Positions 8,445 through 15,554 of a stretch of 28,570 nt of DNA are shown here, one piece after another. The stretch's first letter is position 1. Each line of letters starts with the position of its first letter. Source of the stretch: Candidatus Micrarchaeota archaeon (GTDB taxonomy: Archaea > Micrarchaeota > Micrarchaeia > Anstonellales > Bilamarchaeaceae); the NCBI GenBank assembly GCA_041694885.1, contig JBGFRX010000003.1:1-28570 (forward strand), given 5' to 3'. The position numbers and the translations under genes were made by a program. A model generated the notes under the pieces. The model was not told where the DNA came from. It worked only from the letters and a program-made list of their open reading frames with translations, and did not search any database.

Positions 8445-9620
8445 ATGCTCATCAAAGGCGCGCTTGCATATTTCGAAGGCAAATTCCAAAAGAAGGACAT
8501 AGTGATCAAAGGCGAGCGGATAGCGAAAATCGCTAACCGCCTTGATGCGAAGGAGGAACAGAAGGTTAATGCGAATGGCCTGCTCGCGTTTCCTGGATTG
8601 ATTGATATGCACGTGCACCTCCGCGAGCCAGGCCAGACGCAAAAAGAAGATTTTCTGAGCGGAAGCAAGGCGGCCCTTGCAGGCGGCTACACGCTCGTTT
8701 ACGACATGCCGAACAACTTTCCCAAGCCAACAATCACGAAGGAAGCGCTTGAGGAGAAAAAGGCGCTTGCGAAAAAGGCGCTCTGCGAAATCCGCTTCCA
8801 TTTCGGCGCTACGAACACGAATTTTGAGGAAGTCAAGGAAGCGAACCCCGAATCCCTTAAATTCTATCTGGGAAAAACAACAGGAAATATTCTTCTGGAC
8901 GACGAAAATGCGATTTTGAGGCACATGCGCGAATTCCCTGCTGAAAAACAGGTAATAGCGCACGCGCAAAGCGGGGAGAGCGAAGAAGATGCGACCGGAG
9001 GAGTAAGGAAGGCAGTTGCGCTCGCGGGAAAGGTGAACAGGAAAATACACATAACCCACGCGAGCACGATTATGGAATTGGAAGCAGCAAAAACATGGAA
9101 ATACGCGACAGTAGATACGACACCGCACTATCTTTTCCTGAGCAAGGAAGATGGGCGGAAGATGAAGCCGAAGGAAAAGGGGCTCGTGCATCCTCCGTTG
9201 CGGAGCAAAAAAAACTCCGGGTTGATGTGGAAAGCGCTTGGAAGAATTGATGCGATTGTAACAGATCACGCGCCCCATTTGATTGAAGAGAAGGTGAGCG
9301 GGGCACGGGGGTTTCCGGGTCTCGAGACCGCGCTCGCGCTCTTCCTGGACAGGTATTCGGGAAAACGGATTGGGCTGGAATGGATTGTGCAGCGCTTTTC
9401 CGAAAATCCGGCGAAGATAATGGGGCTTAAGGAATACGGGAAAATAAGGGAAGGTTGTTTTGCGAACATCACGCTGATTGACCCGAAGCGCGAATGGAAG
9501 GTGAAGGGCGAAGAGTTGTACACGAAATGCGGATGGTCTCCTTTTGAAGGAAGGCGGCTGAAGGGCAGGGTTGTGAAGACGATATGCATGGGGAAAATGG
9601 CGTTTTCACTTCCAGACTAA
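8445..9620 (+). CDS. pyrC: Dihydroorotase (amidohydrolase superfamily)
   Basis: PGLIDMHVHLREPG, GGYT.V.DMPN, TPHYLFL, PPLR, TDHAPH, GFPGLET, TKCGWSPFEG; start chosen at MLIKGA. Confidence 0.9.
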   Translation: MLIKGALAYFEGKFQKKDIVIKGERIAKIANRLDAKEEQKVNANGLLAFPGLIDMHVHLREPGQTQKEDFLSGSKAALAGGYTLVYDMPNNFPKPTITKEALEEKKALAKKALCEIRFHFGATNTNFEEVKEANPESLKFYLGKTTGNILLDDENAILRHMREFPAEKQVIAHAQSGESEEDATGGVRKAVALAGKVNRKIHITHASTIMELEAAKTWKYATVDTTPHYLFLSKEDGRKMKPKEKGLVHPPLRSKKNSGLMWKALGRIDAIVTDHAPHLIEEKVSGARGFPGLETALALFLDRYSGKRIGLEWIVQRFSENPAKIMGLKEYGKIREGCFANITLIDPKREWKVKGEELYTKCGWSPFEGRRLKGRVVKTICMGKMAFSLPD

Positions 9621-10117
9621 GACGATTGCATTACCGAAATCATCCTGTTCTGCGATAGAAATTCGAGTTTGTAAGCAGTGCCCCCCATATAGATTCTGCT
9701 GCTGTTGAATGGAAAGCTGGTAACTTGCGAGAGCTGGCTTCCGTCTACGAGAGTTATCATAACCTCTCCTCCTTCACCTATACTCCTGAATTCCAAAGTA
9801 CGCACGTGCGCAGGGAGCGTGAATTCTACCTTTAGCGAATTTCCGTCTCCAAGCGAGCCGAGCGAATTCGAAATGAATGCCAGCTTGGAAGAGAGAAGCC
9901 GGCTTTCAAGGCCCTCTATACCTATGTTGAGTTCGCTCGTCTTGTAATACACGAAAAGCACGAGTGGGATGAAAAGGAGCACCACGAAGCCGATTATCAT
10001 CAGAAGTTCGGTACTAACCTGGCCCCGGACAACCCGGGGTTTTGGGTTTTGGGTTTTGGGTTTTGGATGGCCGAATGCCAAACACGGAATTGGAAACGAA
10101 AAATGGTCAGTTGTCAT
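9617..10117 (-). CDS. Class III signal-peptide (type IV pilin-like/minor pilin) protein with extended leader
   Basis: RG|QVSTELLMIIGFVVLLFIPL cleavage motif plus hydrophobic helix; ATG 1 nt after the upstream stop with a GGAGGAG RBS. Confidence 0.85.
   Translation of the reverse strand: MTTDHFSFPIPCLAFGHPKPKTQNPKPRVVRGQVSTELLMIIGFVVLLFIPLVLFVYYKTSELNIGIEGLESRLLSSKLAFISNSLGSLGDGNSLKVEFTLPAHVRTLEFRSIGEGGEVMITLVDGSQLSQVTSFPFNSSRIYMGGTAYKLEFLSQNRMISVMQSS
10037..10066. repeat. Tandem heptamer repeat (GGGTTTT)x4 + GG
   Basis: Read directly from sequence; lies in the leader-coding part of 9617..10117. Confidence 0.95.
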
Positions 10118-10118
10118 T

Positions 10119-11213
10119 TTACTCCTCCACTTCCCTTGTAGATTTCCTGCGCTCCATCTTCTCGCTCTTCACTTTTTCGAACAGCGTCTTCAATTCGTAG
10201 GAAAGCGCTGCTGTTGTTTCGGAAAGATTGTAACCTTCGCACCTGAACGCTTTATGCTTGTTATTGAGGTCCAAGTGCATGTCCGCCTCATACACGCTCT
10301 TGCCCTTCTTTATGCGCACTGCCAGATTCTCTATCTTCAGCGCCTTGCCGAACTTGGCTGCGATGCCAAGCAGCTCGTTCTTTATCTTCCCGTAATACAC
10401 CAGCGTGCTCTCGTCAAGTCCGCTTATCGAGATTTCATTCTCTTTTTCGTAGAGTCGCACGACTATCTTGAATATGTCTGTTGCCGAAAGTACTCCCACT
10501 GGTTTTTTGTCCGCCACTATTACGAGGTTGGAAACGTTCTCTTCAGCCATTTTCAATGCTGCTTCCTCGAGCGTTGTGGTCTCTTCCACTGAGACGAAAT
10601 TCCCCCTCAGGATGTCCACAATGCGCCTGGACTCGAGCCCCTGCACCTCGCTTATGAGTTGGTAGGACTGCCTTCCCTTCGGCTTCGTGAGGAATCCGGC
10701 TAAATCGAGCGTGGATATTGATCCGACTACTGTGCCTGAGCGCGTCACCACCAAATGATGGACATCGTTCTTCTTCATCGTGGATTTCGCGCCAGCTACT
10801 GTTTGGTTTTCGTCTATCGTCACCGCGGGCCTGCTCATGTGCTGGTATGCCTGCGCCTTCGGAACCAATTTGAGGGAGACGAGTTCGCGCAGCAGGTCTG
10901 CGCGCGTTAGTGCGCCCATTATCCTCCCTTTGGCGTCCAGGACCGGAAGCGATTTGAAATGGCCTGCCAGGAATGAGCGTATGCGCTCCTGGACTTCCGC
11001 GCCTTCGTTCAGCGAGGGGCACTTCACGCACGCGTTTCCACACTTCGTCTTACTCGCATCCGAAATCCCGAGCCGCATGTTCCTGTCATCTATAAGTCCA
11101 AAGAGCCGCCTGTCCTTTGTAACGAAGACCGCCGTGCCGCTCGCCATTATCTCATCGAGTGCCTTGGAAAGCGGCTCCGTTGCTTCGATCGTTTTCGCTT
11201 CGCCCGTATACAT
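10119..11213 (-). CDS. Four-CBS-domain protein with C-terminal HPF-like domain (candidate ribosome hibernation factor)
   Basis: Four CBS repeats (e.g. LPVLD.KGRIMG.LT..DLL, HHLVV..SG.VVG.IS..DL, LVIV..KKPVGVLS..DI) followed by an ~90-aa beta-alpha-beta-beta-beta-alpha-like tail starting ISISGL. Confidence 0.8.
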   Translation of the reverse strand: MYTGEAKTIEATEPLSKALDEIMASGTAVFVTKDRRLFGLIDDRNMRLGISDASKTKCGNACVKCPSLNEGAEVQERIRSFLAGHFKSLPVLDAKGRIMGALTRADLLRELVSLKLVPKAQAYQHMSRPAVTIDENQTVAGAKSTMKKNDVHHLVVTRSGTVVGSISTLDLAGFLTKPKGRQSYQLISEVQGLESRRIVDILRGNFVSVEETTTLEEAALKMAEENVSNLVIVADKKPVGVLSATDIFKIVVRLYEKENEISISGLDESTLVYYGKIKNELLGIAAKFGKALKIENLAVRIKKGKSVYEADMHLDLNNKHKAFRCEGYNLSETTAALSYELKTLFEKVKSEKMERRKSTREVEE

Positions 11214-11311
11214 AAAGGTCACCCGCAATTACCGCAGCAGTCAATTCCCGCACCGCGTTCCCGGCTGTTGCGCCGATTACATTAAAAAGAAGAATATTTT
11301 AAAAGACGAGT

Positions 11312-11986
11312 ATGGTAGGCGAAGTCGAGATAGAAAAAATGGTCCTGAACCCCACGTGGAAGGAAATGCTGCTCGAGATGATATCGGGCGAAAAACTCGA
11401 CCCGTGGAACGTAGATATAGCGCTGCTCGCCGACGGCTTCCTGGGGAAAGTGAAGAAGATGAAAACGCTCGAGCTGCACGTTCCTGCGAACGTGATACTC
11501 GCAGCTGCGATACTTTTGAAGTACAAGAGCAACGTGCTCCGTCCGGCGGCAGAAGTCGCAGTTGAGGAAGCAGTAACTGAGGAAACACAGTACGAGGAGA
11601 TGCCCCGGCTCGAGCTCGTCTCCCGCATCCCTCCAAAAGGCCCGGTGACGCTCGAGGACATAATGAAGGAGATGGAGCGTGTGATAAAATACGACGCTCC
11701 TGAGCGGTTCAGGCCGAAAGCCGCGGAGCAGGTGCTCACTCTTCCCGCCGTGGAATTCGACATAGAGGAAAGGATGGCCAGCGTATTTGCGCGCGTGAAG
11801 AAGAAGGCGGATGATAGCGGATGGACTACGTTTTCCGGGTTGCTCGGGAATAATGGGGCGGAGGAGACGATTTACACTCTTCTTCCTTTGCTTCATCTTT
11901 CGCAGAAGAAGATGGTTGATTTGAAGCAGGACGAATTCTTCGGGGAGATATTCATACGGCTGAATTATAGCCCACCGAAGATGTGA
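11312..11986 (+). CDS. scpA: Segregation and condensation protein A (kleisin)
   Basis: LDPWNVDI..LAD.FL, ANVIL.AAILLKYKS and LLPLLHL......L.QDEFFGEI kleisin motifs. Confidence 0.93.
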   Translation: MVGEVEIEKMVLNPTWKEMLLEMISGEKLDPWNVDIALLADGFLGKVKKMKTLELHVPANVILAAAILLKYKSNVLRPAAEVAVEEAVTEETQYEEMPRLELVSRIPPKGPVTLEDIMKEMERVIKYDAPERFRPKAAEQVLTLPAVEFDIEERMASVFARVKKKADDSGWTTFSGLLGNNGAEETIYTLLPLLHLSQKKMVDLKQDEFFGEIFIRLNYSPPKM

Positions 11987-12020
11987 TATCATCTGCATAT
12001 CGAATTACTTTGCGGGTTTG

Positions 12021-12533
12021 CTATGGCTTTCTTTGCACTGCTCCTGGAAATATTTTTCCCACAACGTAATACGTACTGTCGAAAAGCATTATCGCGATGA
12101 AATAGTCCCACCTGAAGAACAATCCATAAACAAGCGTGGCGAGCTTGAGGAACGGGCGGTAGCCCCTGAGTGCTCCGCCGAACAGCTGAAGCTCATCCAT
12201 GAATCCGATTGCGAGGAATGCGAAAAAATCCAGCATGGTGAATTCGAAAATGCCAAAAACAACTGCAAACGCGAGCGCGGTGAAGAAGCCGAGGAAATGG
12301 CTTGCCCTGTCTATTTTTCCTGCTGCGAACTGCGCGAGCAGTACCGCAAGCCAGAGCGTGGAGAATGTTGCGAAGGAAATTGAATAACCAATGAGCAAAC
12401 CGTATGCAAGAGCAGGCACGTATCTTAATGGAGCGGTGGTTTTTTTCCCCGCATCTTCAATCTGATCCACAAACTTTACGAGCGCGCCTGCTGCTAACGC
12501 GGCTGCGTACGGAAGCCAAAAAAGGTCAGGCAT
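12021..12533 (-). CDS. Hypothetical integral membrane protein
   Basis: Several hydrophobic helices with K..D..ED and GKID..SH motifs; directly downstream of dys. Confidence 0.75.
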   Translation of the reverse strand: MPDLFWLPYAAALAAGALVKFVDQIEDAGKKTTAPLRYVPALAYGLLIGYSISFATFSTLWLAVLLAQFAAGKIDRASHFLGFFTALAFAVVFGIFEFTMLDFFAFLAIGFMDELQLFGGALRGYRPFLKLATLVYGLFFRWDYFIAIMLFDSTYYVVGKIFPGAVQRKP

Positions 12534-12547
12534 GCGGCATCACGGAA

Positions 12548-13519
12548 TTACATCCTCAGTCCGGCAACGAAAAGCGGGAACGCAAGCGTCGCTTCAGCAT
12601 CCACAGTTACGTGATTAGGTAGTTCGGACGCGGACTTTACCAGGGCTCCGCGTTTTGGGTTTGATGCTTCCTGACCTGCTTGCTGCGAGCCCTTTATTTT
12701 TCCCCAGCTCACTGCTTCTGTGCTCCTCGCTCCGCTCAAGCTTCCGTCCCAGGGCTGCGCAGTAGTGATGTAAACCGCGTAATCGAATCCCCCCCGCAAA
12801 ATGTTCACCCCTATCGCGTGATGCTTCGAGATCCCCCCTCCCAGGATTATGCCGCCTGTTTTTTCCGCGTTGAGCGTGATTGAAGCGAGCGAATTCACGT
12901 CCTTGGTTACATCTATCCCGAAGTTCTTTCTCTTCTGTTTGAAGAAATATGTCTGGAGCCCGAGCGCACCGTCGGTTATGCCCGGGCAGAAAACCGGGAT
13001 TTTGTTTTTCGCGCACCAGTAGAGGAAGGAGCCCTTGTCTTCCAGCGATGCGCCCATCGCGTGCGCGATTTCCGAGGGGCTCGCAATCTTCTTCTCCTTC
13101 CACAGTGCATCGAAGACAAGGGTTATTTTTTTTTCGAAAAGCACGTAATGTTCAGTGGGGACAAGGACGTTGCCGAGGCGGTTTATGCCCTCGCGATGAA
13201 GTTCAGCGTCGTCCATCACGAATCCACCCAATTCGTAATCCATGTACGCTCTTATGAAGTCGTGCTCAAGCGCTCCTGCAGTGGTTATTATCACGTCAAC
13301 GTATTTTCTCCTGCACAGTCCCGCGAACAGCCCGCGCAGTCCTGAGGCGACCATATTCGCCGTAAACGTAAGATAGAGCGTTGCCTTTTCCTCTTTCATC
13401 CTGTTCGCGAGCGCTATTGCCCGTGAGAGCTCGGATGCCTGGAATCCCATTGAATGGAAGCGGGAAACGAGTTTCGACGCGGCTTTCGCATCGTCCAATG
13501 AAATGTCCTCTATGCGCAT
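12548..13519 (-). CDS. dys: Deoxyhypusine synthase
   Basis: GFQA, FTANMVASGLR, TAGALEHD, GINRLGNVLVP, TDGALG, LGGGISKHH and DGSLSGA...EAVSWGKI (catalytic Lys). Confidence 0.97.
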   Translation of the reverse strand: MRIEDISLDDAKAASKLVSRFHSMGFQASELSRAIALANRMKEEKATLYLTFTANMVASGLRGLFAGLCRRKYVDVIITTAGALEHDFIRAYMDYELGGFVMDDAELHREGINRLGNVLVPTEHYVLFEKKITLVFDALWKEKKIASPSEIAHAMGASLEDKGSFLYWCAKNKIPVFCPGITDGALGLQTYFFKQKRKNFGIDVTKDVNSLASITLNAEKTGGIILGGGISKHHAIGVNILRGGFDYAVYITTAQPWDGSLSGARSTEAVSWGKIKGSQQAGQEASNPKRGALVKSASELPNHVTVDAEATLAFPLFVAGLRM

Positions 13520-13597
13520 GGTATTGAATAACCTGGTGCATTTTAAAATCTGACAGAATCAGAAAGCGATAAAAACAAAAGAAAAAAAATTAAGCAA

Positions 13598-14047
13598 TTA
13601 CGAGCATTTGCCGTAAAGCGCCTTGTCCCCTGTCTGCGTCTGGTTCACTATTCCGCCCACATCATAAATGAAAACCACGCTGTTTATCTGGTAGATCTGC
13701 CCTGTTGCTGTGCACGGCGTGGTGTAACCGACGCTCGAGAGCGTCTGCGTCTGGCCTGCGCCGAACGAGATGCTTGAAATGTTCAGAGTCCTACCGTCAA
13801 AGGTTATTGCCTTGAGGGTAATCTTCTGCGAGAGCTTGTTCTGCAGTTCGAGCTGCACGCTTGCATTAGTTAGTTTCGCATTCTGGATCGAGAGTGGGCT
13901 TGTGCCCTGCCAGTATGCCTTGCTTTGCTGCTCGAGTCCTGCTGAGCCGAATCCTGTGAATTGCCCCAGCAGTCCTATGACAATAAGGGCGACTACAAGA
14001 ACTACGGCTAGAATCACGAGGTATTCCGTGGAGCCTTGTCCTTTCAT
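13598..14047 (-). CDS. Archaeal type IV pilin (class III signal peptide)
   Basis: MKG|QGSTEYLVILAVVLVVALIV; S/T/Q-rich beta domain, C-terminal Cys pair; GGTGAT RBS. Confidence 0.9.
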   Translation of the reverse strand: MKGQGSTEYLVILAVVLVVALIVIGLLGQFTGFGSAGLEQQSKAYWQGTSPLSIQNAKLTNASVQLELQNKLSQKITLKAITFDGRTLNISSISFGAGQTQTLSSVGYTTPCTATGQIYQINSVVFIYDVGGIVNQTQTGDKALYGKCS

Positions 14048-14101
14048 CTGATCACCGCAGAGACCTTAGGGGATAAGGAATAAAAAGCTTTGCTCCTCGT
14101 T

Positions 14102-14247
14102 TACGAGTTCAAGATTTCCTTATCTCACTAATTTCGCGGTTTAAGATGTTCCTCAGCATGTGCACAAAGACGTTCTGAACCGGAAACGGAAAACCCGGAA
14201 CCGGCAATCGCCCACTGATGTGTGGTGGGAGAATTATAAACTCTTAC
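14102..14247. repeat. Dispersed 146-bp non-coding structured element, copy B
   Basis: Ungapped match to 8163..8308, same orientation. Confidence 0.92.
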
Positions 14248-14379
14248 CCCCCATGCCAAAGAACGACGCATCGTTCTTTGCATCCACAGAACGGAGCGCC
14301 GTTCTGATGGACAACTGAAGCCGTGCCTATTGATGAACAACGCTGGCTTCCACGCACCCGTGGTGCTTCAGTGAGCGCA

Positions 14380-15531
14380 ATGACAATTTCAATAGGAGTG
14401 GTTGGAAAGCCGAATGCAGGCAAGAGCACGTTCTTCTCAGCCCTAACCATGGCAGACGCGAAAATCACTCCGTTCCCCTTTACAACTATAGAGCCGAACC
14501 GTGCGATGGCTTACGTGAGGAAGCAGTGTCCTCATCTGATTCTGGGGAAAAAATGCGAGCCGCGCGATTCCTCGTGCGTTGAAGGAGTGCGCTTCGTTCC
14601 AATACAAATAACAGACGTAGCTGGGCTCGTGCCGGAAGCCCACCTCGGAAAAGGGCTTGGACTCCGGTTTTTGGATGACATAAGGCAGGCGGACGCGCTA
14701 ATCCAGGTGATAGACGCGAGCGGAAAGAGCGACCTGGAAGGAAACCCCTGCTCCGGTTGCGATCCTGCGAAGGAAGTGGAGTTCCTGGAAAAAGAAATAG
14801 CGTACTGGATTTACGGGATAATCGAAAGGAACTGGACAAAGGTTAAGGGAAAGCCGCTTTCCGCTTTACATGACATTCTCGCCTCGCTGAAAATCAGCCC
14901 TGCGCACGCAGGTTCCATAGCCAGGAAACTCGGGCTGGGGGAAGTCATGAACTGGAGCGAAAACGAGAGATTCGCGTTCGCCGAGGAAATAAGGAAGACC
15001 AAGCCAGTATTCATAGCAGCGAACAAAGCAGACGGCGCCGGCTCTGCGGTATTGGACGCGCTGAAAGAAAGATTCGGGGAGCGGGTTGTTTTCTGCTCTG
15101 CTGCGTACGAGCTCGCGCTCAGGAAAGCGGCGAAATCAAGCGCAATAGAGTACGTTCCCGGCTCATCGGATTTCAAGATAGCGAATGCGAACGAGGAGCA
15201 GAAGAAGGCGCTGGAAAAGATAAAATCGTATCTGCAAATGAGGGGGAGCACCGGAGTGCAGGAGGCGCTCGAAAAAGTAGTGAACGGAATGCTCAACCTC
15301 ATAGCCGTTTATCCAGTGGAGGACGAGCACAAGTGGAGCGACAGAAAGGGGGCAGTGCTCCCTAACGTATTTCTTCTTCCCATGGGCTCCACCCCGCTTG
15401 GGCTTGCGGAACGGGTGCACACAGACCTCGCGAAAAATTTCATCTCCGCGATCGATGCGAAGACGCGCATGCACTTGAGCAGGGAGCACAAGCTGAACGA
15501 TGGGGATGTGATTAAAATATTTTCGGGCTAA
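14380..15531 (+). CDS. ychF: YchF-like OBG GTPase (archaeal Ygr210-type) with TGS domain
   Basis: GKPNAGKST, PFTTIEPN, Cys-rich insert CPH...C.P...C, DVAGLVP.AH.GKGLG..FLDD, NKAD, VHTDL TGS domain. Confidence 0.93.
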   Translation: MTISIGVVGKPNAGKSTFFSALTMADAKITPFPFTTIEPNRAMAYVRKQCPHLILGKKCEPRDSSCVEGVRFVPIQITDVAGLVPEAHLGKGLGLRFLDDIRQADALIQVIDASGKSDLEGNPCSGCDPAKEVEFLEKEIAYWIYGIIERNWTKVKGKPLSALHDILASLKISPAHAGSIARKLGLGEVMNWSENERFAFAEEIRKTKPVFIAANKADGAGSAVLDALKERFGERVVFCSAAYELALRKAAKSSAIEYVPGSSDFKIANANEEQKKALEKIKSYLQMRGSTGVQEALEKVVNGMLNLIAVYPVEDEHKWSDRKGAVLPNVFLLPMGSTPLGLAERVHTDLAKNFISAIDAKTRMHLSREHKLNDGDVIKIFSG

Positions 15532-15554
15532 TATTGCATAAAAAGATTGATTTT

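Noticed and set aside
8163..14247. 146-bp repeat pair as a DGR template/variable repeat
   Set aside because: Mismatches are not confined to adenines of one copy on either strand, neither copy lies in a target ORF, and there is no reverse transcriptase in the window.
14128..14340. 70-aa ORF across repeat copy B
   Set aside because: Differences between the two copies show no third-position bias and copy A has no equivalent ORF.
14303..14375. C/D box sRNA (CTGA and TGATGA motifs)
   Set aside because: Boxes are not in C-D'-C'-D order with 10-12-nt guides, and there is no terminal D box.
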